Numbered from the stretch's first letter, positions 45,003 through 55,353 are shown. The stretch: DNA of 64,000 nucleotides from an uncultured Solirubrobacterales bacterium (GCA_963750895.1 CAVVSD010000006.1:1443525-1507524), one strand, 5' to 3'. Notes: a model not told the origin generated them from the sequence alone. Program-made: numbers and translations.

Positions 45003-46322
45003 TCAACGCTCCGCGTTGGCCTCGCGCAGGCGGTGCGCCATGCGGGACTGCAGCGACCAGATCTCGATGAAGCCGGGCGACGCCTGCTGCGAGAAGAGGC
45101 CGCCGGACTGCGCGAAGGAGGCGAGCGACGCGTCGTACACCGCGTTGGGCGACGAGCGCGTCACGGCGCGGACCGAGCCCTTGTACAGCTTGAGCCCGAC
45201 GGTGCCCGTCACCTGCGCGTTCACACTCTCCATGTACGCGTCGAGGTCACCGCGCAGCGGCTCCCACCACAGCCCCGCGTACACGAGGTACGCCCACTGA
45301 CGGTCGAGCTGTGGCTTGAACTGGTTCTGGTGAATCGTGCCGACGAGCTTCTCGAGCTCGGCGTGCGCGGTGAGCAGGATCGTCGCGGCCGGCACCTCGT
45401 AGATGTCGCGCACCTTGAGGCCGACGATGCGGTCCTCGAGGTGGTCGACGATGCCGACGCCGTGGCGGATGCCGATCTCGGCCGCCTGCTCGAGCAGGTC
45501 CACGATGTCGAGGCGCACGCCGTTGAGCGCGACGGGCACGCCGCGCTCGAACCCGACCTCGACGATCTCCGCCTCGTCGGGCGCGTCCTCGGGCCGGGTC
45601 ACGAGCTGGAAGACGTCGTCCTCCGGCGCGTGCTCGATGTCCTCGATCCACTTGCCCTCCGAGGAGCGTCCCCAGAGGTTGTCGTCGATCGAGTAGGGCG
45701 CGGACTCCGTGCCGCCCTTGACCGGGATGCCGTGCTCGCGGGCGTACGCGATCTCCTCGTCGCGGCCCATCTGCCATCCGCGGACGGGCGCGATGACCTT
45801 CAGCTCGGGCGCGAGCGTCGCGATCGTCGCCTCGATGCGGACCTGGTCGTTGCCCTTGCCGGTGCAGCCGTGCGCGATCGTGTCGCACCCGGTCTGCCGC
45901 GCGATCTCGACGGCCCACTTGGCGATGAGCGGCCGGCCCAGCGCCGTGAACAGCGGGTAGCCGAGACCGTAGATCGCGTTGGCCTTGATGGCCGGGACGA
46001 TGAAGTCGTTGGCGAACTCCTCCCGCGCGTCGATCACGTGCGTCTCGATCGCGCCGAGGTCCTTCGCCTTGCCCTCCACCACCTCGTAGTCCTCACCCGG
46101 CTGCCCGAGATTCACCGTGAGAGTGACGACCTCGGCCTCGTACTCATCCTGGATCCACTTGAGCATCACACTCGTGTCCAACCCACCTGAGTACAGGAGG
46201 CAGACGCGGCTCACCTCGTCGTGGTTGGCCTCGTAGGAGGCGATCGCCTGCGCGCGGACGCGCTCGGCCGCCTGGCCGGGCGGCGGGATGGTGTGGGCGG
46301 AGGTGCGAGGTGCGTCGGTCAT
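45003..46322 (-). CDS. argG: Argininosuccinate synthase
   Basis: CLLYSGGLDTSVMLKW...HGCTGKGNDQVR...SIDDNLWGRS. Confidence 0.9.
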   Translation of the reverse strand: MTDAPRTSAHTIPPPGQAAERVRAQAIASYEANHDEVSRVCLLYSGGLDTSVMLKWIQDEYEAEVVTLTVNLGQPGEDYEVVEGKAKDLGAIETHVIDAREEFANDFIVPAIKANAIYGLGYPLFTALGRPLIAKWAVEIARQTGCDTIAHGCTGKGNDQVRIEATIATLAPELKVIAPVRGWQMGRDEEIAYAREHGIPVKGGTESAPYSIDDNLWGRSSEGKWIEDIEHAPEDDVFQLVTRPEDAPDEAEIVEVGFERGVPVALNGVRLDIVDLLEQAAEIGIRHGVGIVDHLEDRIVGLKVRDIYEVPAATILLTAHAELEKLVGTIHQNQFKPQLDRQWAYLVYAGLWWEPLRGDLDAYMESVNAQVTGTVGLKLYKGSVRAVTRSSPNAVYDASLASFAQSGGLFSQQASPGFIEIWSLQSRMAHRLREANAER

Positions 46323-47481
46323 ACCTGGCTTTCGGCATCGAGGGCGGCGCTTGCAGCCGCCGGAGGGCTTCCGTGAGCTCGTCGTCGGAGACGATGAGCG
46401 GCGGCAGGAGGCGGATGGTCGTGGGGCCGGTCGCGTTGAGCACGAGCCGGTGCTCGAGCAGCGCGCGGCGCACGACCTCGGGTGCGTCGCCGGTCTCGAG
46501 CTCGATCGCGAGCATGAGCCCGAGTCCGCGGGCGGCGGTCACGCGCGGCAGCTCGGCCAGCTCGTCGAGCAGCCGCGCGCCGAGGTCCTGCACGCGCTCG
46601 TGGAGCTCCGGATCGAGCAGGACGTCGAGCGCCGCGAGCGCCGCCACGGCCACGACCGGGCCGCCGGGGAACGTCGAGCCGTGGTCGCCGGGCTGCAGCA
46701 CGTCGGCGAGCCGCTCGCCGGTGATGAGCGCGCCGATCGGCAGGCCGCCGCCGAGCGCCTTGGCGGTCGTCAGCGCGTCGGGCACGACGCCGGAGGGCCC
46801 ATAGGCCCAGGGGTGTCCGGTGCGCCCGAGCCCGCACTGGATCTCGTCGAAGATGAGCGCGGCGCCGACGGCGTCGCACGCCTCGCGCGCCGCGGCGAGC
46901 ACCTCGTGGGGCAGCGGCCAGATGCCGCCCTCCCCCTGCACCGGCTCGATCAGGACCGCCGCCGTGCGCTCGTTCACCGCCGCGGTGATCGCCTCGGCCG
47001 TCGGCTCGACCGCGATGAACCCGGGCACGAGCGGCGCGAACGGCGCCTGCTTGGCCTCCTGCGGCGTGGCGCTCAGCGCGCCCATGGTCCGGCCGTGGAA
47101 CGCGCGGTGCGCGACCACGATGTCGCCACCGCGCTTGGCCTTGCGGGCGAGCTTGAGCGCCGCCTCGACCGCCTCGGCGCCGGAGTTCGTGAAGAACACG
47201 CGACCGCCGAGCGAGCTCTCCGCCAGGCGGTCGGCCAGCCGCGCCATCGGCTCGGTGTAGAAGAGGTTGCCGACGTGGATGAGGCGGCCCGCCTGCTCCT
47301 GGATCGCCTTCACCACCGCCGGATGGCAGTGCCCGACGCTGGACACGGAGATCCCGGCCAGGAAGTCGAGGTACTCGTTGCCCTCGGCGTCCCACAGGCG
47401 CACGCCCTCGCCCCGGACGAACTCGACCGGGTAGCGCGCGTAGGTGGTCGCGAGGTGGGTGTCGTAGCTCGCCGTGCTCAT
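46319..47481 (-). CDS. argD: Acetylornithine aminotransferase; the last ~10 codons are reached only after a frame change
   Basis: LDFLAGISVSSVGHCHP...FDEIQCGLGRTG...TTAKALGGG. The listed ORF (46144..47481) runs 180 nt into argG. In the neighbouring frame ...ALDAESQV-TGA ends at 46319 in an ATGA overlap with the argG start. Confidence 0.8.
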
Positions 47482-48332
47482 GCCGCCGCCCTGATCTTGG
47501 TTCCCATGCCCGCGTCCGTGAACAGCTCCATGAGCATGGAGTGCGGGACGCGGCCGTCAACGATGTGCGCGTAGGTGACGCCGCCGTGGATCGCGTCCAG
47601 GCAGGCCTGCAGCTTGGGGCGCATGCCGCCGGCGATGCCCGGCAGCGCGGCGGTCACCTCGTCGGCGCCGGCCTCGGAGATGACCGAGGCCGGGTCGGAC
47701 GGATCGCGCAGCCAGCCGGGGACGTCGGTGAGGAACATGACCTTGTAGGCGCGCAGGGCGCGGGCGACCGCGGCGGCCGCCTCGTCGGCGTTGACGTTGT
47801 AGGAGTTGCCCTCGCGGTCGGCGCCGACGGACGCCACGACCGGGATGTAGTCCTGCGCGATGTGCAGCAGGACGTCGACGTCGACGCGCTCGATCTTGCC
47901 GACGAAGCCGATGTCCTCGCCGCCGGGCGCGGTCTGGCGCGCGACGCGGAACAGCGACCCGTCGTCCCCGCACAGCCCCACGGCGGGCTGGCCGTGGCGG
48001 TTCAGGCGCAGGACGATGTCCTTGTTCACCTTCCCGACGAGCACCATCTTGGCCACCTCCACGGTCGCCTCGTCGCTCACCCGCAGCCCGCTGATGAACT
48101 CGACCGGCAGGCCGAGCTTGTTCATGTACGCGGTGATCTCCGGGCCGCCGCCGTGCACCACGACGGGACGCAGGCCGACGTACTTCAGGAGCACCACGTC
48201 GCGCGCGAAGTCCTCGCGCAGCGCCGGGTCCTCCATCGCCGCCCCGCCGTACTTGATGACCACCGTCTGGCCGGCGAACTCCCGCATGTACGGGAGCGCC
48301 TCCAGGAGCGTTCCTACGTCCCGGCCGTTCAC
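47478..48332 (-). CDS. argB: Acetylglutamate kinase
   Basis: VVIKYGGAAM...VVVHGGGPEI...NVNADEAA. The GTG start is in a GTGA overlap with the argJ stop, and the stop is in an ATGA overlap with the argD start. Confidence 0.85.
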   Translation of the reverse strand: MNGRDVGTLLEALPYMREFAGQTVVIKYGGAAMEDPALREDFARDVVLLKYVGLRPVVVHGGGPEITAYMNKLGLPVEFISGLRVSDEATVEVAKMVLVGKVNKDIVLRLNRHGQPAVGLCGDDGSLFRVARQTAPGGEDIGFVGKIERVDVDVLLHIAQDYIPVVASVGADREGNSYNVNADEAAAAVARALRAYKVMFLTDVPGWLRDPSDPASVISEAGADEVTAALPGIAGGMRPKLQACLDAIHGGVTYAHIVDGRVPHSMLMELFTDAGMGTKIRAAA

Positions 48333-49570
48333 GTTGTGTACTCCGCGTTGATCGTCACGTAGCCGTGGCCGAGGTCGGAGAAGAAGACCTCGGTCTCCGC
48401 TCCCTCGCCGGGCAGCCGCACCTCGTACTCCACCTCGTCGCGCGTGACGGCGGCGGCCAGCTCGCCGAGGTCGAAGCGCCCCGCGGCGCCACCCCGGCAG
48501 ACCTGCACGCCCTCGATCGCGATGTCGAGCGGGAGCGACGTCGTGCTCGGCAGCGCCGCGCCGACCGCCTGCGCGATGCGCCCCCAGTTGGGGTCGCCGC
48601 CGTGCAGGGCCGTCTTGACGAGCGGCGAGTTCGCGACGGCCCGCGCGGCGCGCTCCGCGGCCACGCCGTCGCCGCCGCGCACCACGACGCGGCCGACGCG
48701 GCCGGCACCCTCGCCGTCGCGGACGATGAGCAGCGCGAGGTCGCGCAGCACGGCGTCGAGCGCCTCCCCGAAGCGCAGCTCGTCCTCGGACTCGGGAGCG
48801 ACGGTCACGTCGCTCGCGCCCGAGCACTGCAGGATCACGGTGTCGTTCGTGGAGAGCTGGCCGTCGACGGAGATGCGCTCGAACGAGCGCTTCACGCAGA
48901 CGCCGAGCAGGAGGTCGGCGGTCTCGGGCGACAGGACGGCGTCGGTCTGCACGAAGCACAGCATCGTCGCGAACCCCGGCTGGATCATGCCCGCGCCCTT
49001 GGCCTGGGCGGTGAGGCGCACCGTGCCGGACGGCAGCTGCACCTCGACGCACGCGCGCTTGGCGAACGCGTCGGTCGTGCGGATCGCGTCCGCGAAGTCC
49101 TCGGCGCCGTCGCGGCGCAGCTCGCCGTGGGCGCGCGCCAGGCCGCGGATCATCGCCTGGCCGTCGAGCTGCACGCCGATGACGCCGGTGGACGCGACGG
49201 CGACCTGGTCCTCGCGCACCCCGCCCACCATGCCCGCGGCGCCCTGCACGCGCGCGGCCTGCTCGAAGCCGAAGTTGCCGGTCGCGGCGTTCGCGTTGCC
49301 CGAGTTGGCGGCGATGGTGCGGATCGCGTCCAGGCGCGTGCGCTTGCGGCACAGCTCGACCGGAGCGGCGACGACGGACGAGGCGGTGAAGCGCGCCGCA
49401 CTCGTGGTCTCCGGCTCGACGCTGATCATGAGGCCCAGATCGAGCCCCTCGGGCTTGAGCCCGGCGTGGACGCCGGAGGCGCGGAAGCCGCCCGGCAGGA
49501 GGCCGTCGTCGAGAGGCGTGACGTGCGGGTGCGTCGTGCTCCAGCGCGACGGCCCAGGTGCCGCGGTCAC
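48329..49570 (-). CDS. argJ: Bifunctional glutamate N-acetyltransferase / amino-acid acetyltransferase
   Basis: AKGAGMIQPGFATMLCFVQTD (autoprocessing T) ... GGDPNWGRI ... YVTINAEYTT*. The GTG start is in a GTGA overlap with the argC stop. Confidence 0.85.
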   Translation of the reverse strand: MTAAPGPSRWSTTHPHVTPLDDGLLPGGFRASGVHAGLKPEGLDLGLMISVEPETTSAARFTASSVVAAPVELCRKRTRLDAIRTIAANSGNANAATGNFGFEQAARVQGAAGMVGGVREDQVAVASTGVIGVQLDGQAMIRGLARAHGELRRDGAEDFADAIRTTDAFAKRACVEVQLPSGTVRLTAQAKGAGMIQPGFATMLCFVQTDAVLSPETADLLLGVCVKRSFERISVDGQLSTNDTVILQCSGASDVTVAPESEDELRFGEALDAVLRDLALLIVRDGEGAGRVGRVVVRGGDGVAAERAARAVANSPLVKTALHGGDPNWGRIAQAVGAALPSTTSLPLDIAIEGVQVCRGGAAGRFDLGELAAAVTRDEVEYEVRLPGEGAETEVFFSDLGHGYVTINAEYTT

Positions 49571-50604
49571 GCGGGGACCCCGGCGGGCTCCGCCACGGGG
49601 CCCAGGCCCTCGGTCTCCGGCCGGCCGAACATGAGGTTCAGCGACTGCACGGCCTGCGAGGACGTGCCCTTCCAGAGGTTGTCGATCGCCGCGAAGACGA
49701 AGACCTTGCCGGTCCGCGGCTCGGCGTGCACGTGGATGCGGCACAGGTTCGTCTCGCGCACGTCGCGCACGCCCGGCGGCCGGTCGGTCAGCTCGACGAA
49801 CGGCTCGTCGGCGTACGCCGCGACGTAGCGCTCGAGCAGCTCCTGCTGGCTCAGCCGCCGCGTCGTCGTGACGTAGCAGGACAGCAGCTCGCCCTGGTCG
49901 AGCGGCAGGAGGTGCGGGACGAACGTCGCCGCGACGGGCATCCCGTACGCGCGCAGCTCCTGGTCGATCTCCGGGGAGTGGCGGTGCCCCGCGACCCCGT
50001 ACGGCGAGACGTTCTCGTCGACGGAGACGAAGTGCGTGCGCTGGGTCGCGCCGCGCCCCGCGCCGGAGACGCCGGTCTTCGCGTCGATGACGACGTCGGC
50101 CACGAGACCCTCGCCGCCGAGCGGCGCGAGGCCGAGCAGCGCCGCCGTCGGGAAGCACCCGGGGCCGGCGACGATGTCGGCGTCGGCGATCTGCGCCCGG
50201 TAGCGCTCGGGGAGGCCGTACACGCCGGTGCCGAACAGCTCCGGCGCCTGGTGCTCGCCGTACCACTCGTCGTAGGTCGCCCGGTCGCGCAGGCGGAAGT
50301 CGGCGCTGAGGTCGACGACGCGCACGCCCCGCCGGCGCAGCTCGGCGACGACGGGCGACGCCGCGCCGTGGGGGTAGGCGACGATCGCCGCGTCCACGGC
50401 GGCGTGGCGGTCGAGGTCGAGCTCCTCGAGCACCATCGGCACGCGGTGGTGCGGATAGAGGTCGTCCAAGGGGACGCCGACGTCCGATCGCGAGGTGACG
50501 GCGGCGAGCTCGAAGTGCGGATGGCGGTGCAGGATGCGGGCGGCCAGCGCCCCCGCGTAGCCCGACCCGCCGGCGACCAGGACCGTCTCACCCACGCAGC
50601 TCAC
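49567..50604 (-). CDS. argC: N-acetyl-gamma-glutamyl-phosphate reductase
   Basis: VLVAGGSGYAG...GPGCFPTAALL...DNLWKGTSSQAVQ. The GTG start at 50604 (or 50595) overlaps the pheT 3' end. Confidence 0.85.
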   Translation of the reverse strand: MSCVGETVLVAGGSGYAGALAARILHRHPHFELAAVTSRSDVGVPLDDLYPHHRVPMVLEELDLDRHAAVDAAIVAYPHGAASPVVAELRRRGVRVVDLSADFRLRDRATYDEWYGEHQAPELFGTGVYGLPERYRAQIADADIVAGPGCFPTAALLGLAPLGGEGLVADVVIDAKTGVSGAGRGATQRTHFVSVDENVSPYGVAGHRHSPEIDQELRAYGMPVAATFVPHLLPLDQGELLSCYVTTTRRLSQQELLERYVAAYADEPFVELTDRPPGVRDVRETNLCRIHVHAEPRTGKVFVFAAIDNLWKGTSSQAVQSLNLMFGRPETEGLGPVAEPAGVPA

Positions 50605-53002
50605 CTCCCAGCTCGTCGCGCAGCGCCGCGACGATCGCGTCGCGCACGGGCGCGACGTCCTCGTCGGTGAGCGTGCGGTCGGCGGCCCGGAAGGTGAGGG
50701 CGAACGCCAGCGACCGTCGCCCCTCGCCCGCCTGGGCGCCCGTGTACACGTCGAAGACCTCCGCCCCGGTCAGGAGCGCGCCGCCCGCCCCGCGGATGAC
50801 CTCGGCCGCGCGCCCCGCGGGCACGTCCACCGGCAGGATCACGGCGAGGTCCTGACGCAGCGGCGGGTAGCTGACGACGTCCGCGTAGCCGGCCGGCTCG
50901 GGGACCGCGTCGATGACCTTGCCCAGGTCCAGCGCGAACGCCGCGACGGGCTGCTCGATGTCCCAGGTCGCGGCGACGAGCGGATGCACCTCGCCGACGA
51001 AGCCCAGGCGCACGTCGCCCGCGCGGACCTCGGCGCTGCGGCCGGGATGCAGGAAGGGCCACGACGCGGGCGCCACCGACCAGTCGACGCGCAGCGTGTC
51101 CAGGACGGCCGCGACGAGGGCGGATGCGGCGAAGATGTCGGCGGTCCCGGCGGCCGGGCCCCACGATCTCGGCGTCAGGCGCCCCGTGATCAGCGCGGCG
51201 AGCGCGTGGTGCTCGTCGGCCGGCTCCGTCTCGCTCGCGCGGTAGACGGCGGCGGACTCGAACAGGCCGAGGTCGCGGTGGCCGCGGGCCATGTTCGCGG
51301 CCGCGGCGTCCAGCAGCGAGCCGAGGATCGTCGGGCGCAGGATGGCCTGCGCCTCGCTCATCGGGTTCTCCACCTCGACGACGTCCCGGAGGGCGCTGTC
51401 CTGCGGGATGCGCAGGCGGTCGAGCAGCGCGCGCTCGGCGAAGCTCCAGCCCGCGATCTCGTAGAGGCCGCGGCCGACGAGGACGTCCTCCGCGCGCCGC
51501 CGGATCCGCTGGGCCGGCGTGAGCACGCCGATCGCGCCCTTGCGCGACGGCAGCGTCGCGGGGAGGTTCTCGTTGACGCCGTGCAGGCGCGCGATCTCCT
51601 CCACGAGATCCGCCTCGCGGGTGACGTCCTCGCGGCGCCAGTACGGCACCGTCACGTCGAGCCCGTCGTCCGCGTCGGCCACGCCGAAGCCGAGCGCCCG
51701 CAGGTGCTCGGACTGCTCCTCGCGCGGGATCGGGATGCCGAGGAGCCGCTCGACGCGCGCCTCGCGCAGCCGCAGGACCGCGGGCTCCGGTCCGGCGAAG
51801 CCGCCGACGTCGATCGTGCCCGGCAGCAGCCGCGCGCCCGCGTGCTCGACGAGCAGCGCGGAGGCGACCGCCTGCGCGTCCATGGTCTGCTCGGGCGCGA
51901 GGCCCTTCTCGTAGCGGGAGCTGGCCTCGGTGCGCAGGACGAGCTTGTTCGACGTCGCGTTGATCGACGGGCCGTGCCAGTTGGCGACCTCGAGGAGCAC
52001 GCGCGTCGTCGTCTCGGAGACCTCGGAGCGGTCGCCGCCCATGATCCCGGCGATCGAGGTCGGGCCCTCGTCGTCGGCGATGAGGCAGTCGGCGGGGCCG
52101 AGCGTGCGGACCTGGTCGTCGAGCGTGACGACCTGCTCACCCTCCTGGGCGCGGCGCACGACGAGTCGCCCACCGGCGACGCGGTCGAGGTCGAACGCGT
52201 GCAGCGGCTGCCCGGTCAGCAGCATCACGTAGTTCGTGATGTCGACGACGTTGTTGATCGGCCGCTGTCCCGCCGCCGACAGGCGCGCCTTGAGCCACAG
52301 CGGCGACGGGCCGATCGTGACGTCCTCGAACACGCGCGCGGTGAACCGCGGGCAGAGGTCCGGCGACTGCACCTCGACCGTCACGGGCAGATCGCCGTCG
52401 GCCGAGCCCGGGTCGGTCGCCCAGGGCGGCTCGGAGAGCGGCGCGCCGGTGGCGGCGTGGACCTCGCGCGCGACGCCGTAGAGACCGAGCTCGTCCGGCC
52501 GGTTGGGCGTGGCCTCGAGGTCGAGCACCTCGGTCCCGAGCGGCAGGACCTCCTCCAGCGGCTGCCCCGGCCGCAGCCCGTCGGGCTCCAGGACCATGAT
52601 CCCGGCGTGGTCGGCGCCGATCTCGAGCTCGTCCTCGGCGAGGATCATCCCCTCGGAGACCTGGCCGCGCAGCTTGGCCTTCTTGAGCTTGACCCCGCCC
52701 GGCATGATCGCGCCGGGCCGCGCGACGGCGACCGTCTGGCCGGCGGCGACGTTCGGCGCGCCGCACACGATGTGGGCGGGCTCGTCCTCGCCGACGTCGA
52801 CGGTGCAGACCTTCAGGCGGTCGGCGTCGGGATGCTGCTCGGCGGTGAGCACGCGGCCGATGACGAAGCGGTCGTGCGCGCCCACGCCGCGCGTCGCGAT
52901 CCCCGCGACCTCGGTCCCGGTCATCTCCAGGCGCTCGGCCAGCTGGGCGGTGGAGATGTCGGGCGAGCAGTGCTCGCGCAGCCATTCGACGGGGACGTGC
53001 AT
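50588..53002 (-). CDS. pheT: Phenylalanine--tRNA ligase beta subunit
   Basis: MHVPVEWLREH...tRNA-binding OB (VCTVDVG..IVCGAPNV), B3/4, B5 and FDX-ACB-like tail. The start shares one base with the pheS stop (TGATG). Confidence 0.9.
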   Translation of the reverse strand: MHVPVEWLREHCSPDISTAQLAERLEMTGTEVAGIATRGVGAHDRFVIGRVLTAEQHPDADRLKVCTVDVGEDEPAHIVCGAPNVAAGQTVAVARPGAIMPGGVKLKKAKLRGQVSEGMILAEDELEIGADHAGIMVLEPDGLRPGQPLEEVLPLGTEVLDLEATPNRPDELGLYGVAREVHAATGAPLSEPPWATDPGSADGDLPVTVEVQSPDLCPRFTARVFEDVTIGPSPLWLKARLSAAGQRPINNVVDITNYVMLLTGQPLHAFDLDRVAGGRLVVRRAQEGEQVVTLDDQVRTLGPADCLIADDEGPTSIAGIMGGDRSEVSETTTRVLLEVANWHGPSINATSNKLVLRTEASSRYEKGLAPEQTMDAQAVASALLVEHAGARLLPGTIDVGGFAGPEPAVLRLREARVERLLGIPIPREEQSEHLRALGFGVADADDGLDVTVPYWRREDVTREADLVEEIARLHGVNENLPATLPSRKGAIGVLTPAQRIRRRAEDVLVGRGLYEIAGWSFAERALLDRLRIPQDSALRDVVEVENPMSEAQAILRPTILGSLLDAAAANMARGHRDLGLFESAAVYRASETEPADEHHALAALITGRLTPRSWGPAAGTADIFAASALVAAVLDTLRVDWSVAPASWPFLHPGRSAEVRAGDVRLGFVGEVHPLVAATWDIEQPVAAFALDLGKVIDAVPEPAGYADVVSYPPLRQDLAVILPVDVPAGRAAEVIRGAGGALLTGAEVFDVYTGAQAGEGRRSLAFALTFRAADRTLTDEDVAPVRDAIVAALRDELGGELRG

Positions 53003-54036
53003 CAGCCGAACTGCTCCAGGACGCGGAGGTCGTTGTCGTACAGCAGCCGGAGGTCGGGGATGCCGTGCTTGAGCATGGCGATCCGCTCGATCCCCATGCC
53101 GAAGGCGAAGCCCGACAGGTGCTCGGCGTCGTAGCCGACGTGCCCGAAGACGTTGGGGTCGACCATGCCGGCGCCCAGGATCTCCAGCCAGCCGGTGTCC
53201 CTGCACACCGGACAGCGGGTGCCGGGCACGTGCACCATGAAGCAGGAGATGTCGACCTCGACGCTGGGCTCGGTGAAGGGGAAGAAGTGCGGGCGCAGCC
53301 GGATCTCGCGGTCGGGACCGAAGATCGCCCGCGCGAACGCCAGCAGCGTCCCCTTCAGGTCCGTGAGCGTGATGTCGGTGTCGACCGCGAGGCCCTCCAC
53401 CTGGTGGAACTGCGGCGTGTGCGTCGCGTCGTTGTCGCGCCGGTAGGTGCGGCCCGGGATGACGACGTAGAGCGGCGGGTCCGACGCCGCCATCGCGCGG
53501 ATCTGCATCGGCGACGTGTGGGTGCGCAGCACCGCGTCGTCGGCCGTGTAGAACGTGTCGGTCCGCGCCCGCGCGGGATGCGCCGGGCTGTGGTTCAGCG
53601 CGTCGAAGTTGTTGTAGACGCTCTCGACCTCCGGCCCCTCGAGCACCTGGAAGCCCAGGCCGAGGAAGACGTCCTCGATCTCCCGCCGCGTCTGGGTCAG
53701 CAGGTGCAGGCGCCCGACGGGCTGCGGCGGCGTGCCGGGCAGCGTGACGTCGACGCGGTCGCGCTCGAGGCGCTGCTCGAGCTCGGCCTCGGCGAGCCGC
53801 GCCTGGGTCTCCTCGATCGAGCGCGTGATCGCCTGGCGCGCCTCGTTGGCCGCGCGGCCGACGGCGCCGCGCTCCTCGGGCGGCAGCTCGGCGACGGTGC
53901 GCAGGAGGTTGGGCAGCTCCGCGCGCCGACCGAGCCACTGGACCCGCAGCTCCTCGAGGCGCTCCGTCGTCGCGGCCTCGGCGACCGCGGCCTCCGCCTG
54001 GGCCCGCAGATCGGCGATGTGGTCGAGCGTGCTCAT
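53002..54036 (-). CDS. pheS: Phenylalanine--tRNA ligase alpha subunit
   Basis: HPARARTDTFY...TSPMQIR...FFPFTEPSVEVD...GMGIERIAMLKHGI. Confidence 0.9.
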   Translation of the reverse strand: MSTLDHIADLRAQAEAAVAEAATTERLEELRVQWLGRRAELPNLLRTVAELPPEERGAVGRAANEARQAITRSIEETQARLAEAELEQRLERDRVDVTLPGTPPQPVGRLHLLTQTRREIEDVFLGLGFQVLEGPEVESVYNNFDALNHSPAHPARARTDTFYTADDAVLRTHTSPMQIRAMAASDPPLYVVIPGRTYRRDNDATHTPQFHQVEGLAVDTDITLTDLKGTLLAFARAIFGPDREIRLRPHFFPFTEPSVEVDISCFMVHVPGTRCPVCRDTGWLEILGAGMVDPNVFGHVGYDAEHLSGFAFGMGIERIAMLKHGIPDLRLLYDNDLRVLEQFG

Positions 54037-54729
54037 CCGCGGGGCACCCTAGAGAACTCGTACAGGGCGACGGTCGCCGCCATCGCGGCGTTCAGCGAGT
54101 CGCCCGTGATCGGGATGTGCGCCGCCCGCGTGCACTGCGCGACCGTCTCGGCGTCGAGGCCGGTGCGCTCCGCGCCGACGACGATCGTCGCGTCCGACGG
54201 GCCCTGCAGCGCCTCGCCCTCGCGCATGACGAGCGCGACCGTCTCGCCGGGCAGGTCGGCGATCGCCGACGCGCGCGCGAGCGGCAGGGAGAAGATCGCG
54301 CCCATCGACGCCCGGACGGCCTTCGGGCCGTACGGGATCCGCGCAGCCGGGGCCGATCACGACGCTGCCGGCGCCGAAGGACAGCGCGGCGCGCAGCACG
54401 GTGCCGACGTTGCCCGGATCGCGCACGCCCCAGAGCGCCACGCAGCGCGGTCCGGCCGGCTGGGTGAAGCGCTGCTCGAAGACGCCGATCGTCCGTGTCC
54501 CCGACCCCAGCGCGGACGCGTCCGCGAGGAGCCCCGGCTCGACCTCCTCACCGTCGAGCCGGCTGCCCGCCGCCGCGAGCAGGTGCACCGGCCGCCAGCC
54601 GGCCGCGGTGGCCGCCCGCACGAGGTCCTCGCCCTCGGCCACGAACAGCCCCGTCCGCGCCCGCTCGCGCCGCGCGGCGAGCTTGCGGATCTCCTTGAGC
54701 TTGGGGTTGTGGGGGCTCGTGATGGTCAT
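54033..54729 (-). pseudogene. TrmH/SpoU-family RNA 2'-O-methyltransferase with one frame change
   Basis: N-terminus ...ALWGVRDPGNVGTVLRAALSFGAGSVVIGPGCADP (ORF 54049..54729). C-terminus YGPKAVRASMGAIFSLP...IPITGDSLNAAMAATVALYE (ORF 54033..54305). An extra base appears near 54333. The stop is in an ATGA overlap with the pheS start. Confidence 0.75.
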
Positions 54730-54764
54730 AAAAAAGGGCGCCGTCCCTGAGGGAGTCGGCGCCC
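54730..54764 (-). terminator. Intrinsic terminator downstream of rplT
   Basis: Minus strand: GGGCGCCGacTCCC-tca-GGGA-CGGCGCCC followed by TTTTTT. It starts 29 nt after the rplT stop, and the T-tract abuts the next ATG (54729). Confidence 0.7.
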
Positions 54765-54793
54765 GTGAGGTGCTCGGTGTGGCGGTCTCGGGA

Positions 54794-55153
54794 TCAGGCC
54801 GCCGACGCCTCGCGGGCTGCGTCCACGAATCGGCGGAAGGTCTCGGGGTCGCGCACGGCGATGTCGGCGAGGACCTTGCGGTCCAGCTCGATGCCGGCGA
54901 GCGAGAGGCCGTGGATGAACGTCCCGTAGCTCATGCCGTTGAGGCGGGCTGCGGCGTTGATCCGGGTGATCCAGAGGCGGCGGAAGTCGCGCTTGCGGTT
55001 GCGGCGATCGCGGTACGCGTACGCGTCCGCCTTCATCAGCGCTTCCTTGGCGTGCTTGTAGTGGGCGTGCGCGTCGCCGCGGTAGCCCTTCGCCCGCTCG
55101 AGTGTCGCGCGGCGCTTCTTGCGTGCGTTGACGGAGCGCTTGACGCGGGTCAC
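54794..55153 (-). CDS. rplT: 50S ribosomal protein L20
   Basis: [14 protein letters not shown]...[15 protein letters not shown]...[26 protein letters not shown] start in a GTGA overlap with rpmI. Confidence 0.95.
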   Translation of the reverse strand: MTRVKRSVNARKKRRATLERAKGYRGDAHAHYKHAKEALMKADAYAYRDRRNRKRDFRRLWITRINAAARLNGMSYGTFIHGLSLAGIELDRKVLADIAVRDPETFRRFVDAAREASAA

Positions 55154-55353
55154 TTGGTCTTCGCTCCCAGCAGCTTCTTCACGCGCTTGGCGTCCTCGTC
55201 CGCGAGGATCACAGGACGGCCGAGGTGGCGCTTCCGCTTCGGTGACTTCTTCTCGAGAATGTGGCTCGTGAAGGCGTGGCGGGCCTTGACCTTGCCGCCG
55301 CCGGTCACCTTGAAGCGCTTCTTCGCGCCGGAGTGGGTCTTCATCTTGGGCAT
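55150..55353 (-). CDS. rpmI: 50S ribosomal protein L35
   Basis: [37 protein letters not shown]. Confidence 0.95.
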   Translation of the reverse strand: MPKMKTHSGAKKRFKVTGGGKVKARHAFTSHILEKKSPKRKRHLGRPVILADEDAKRVKKLLGAKTK

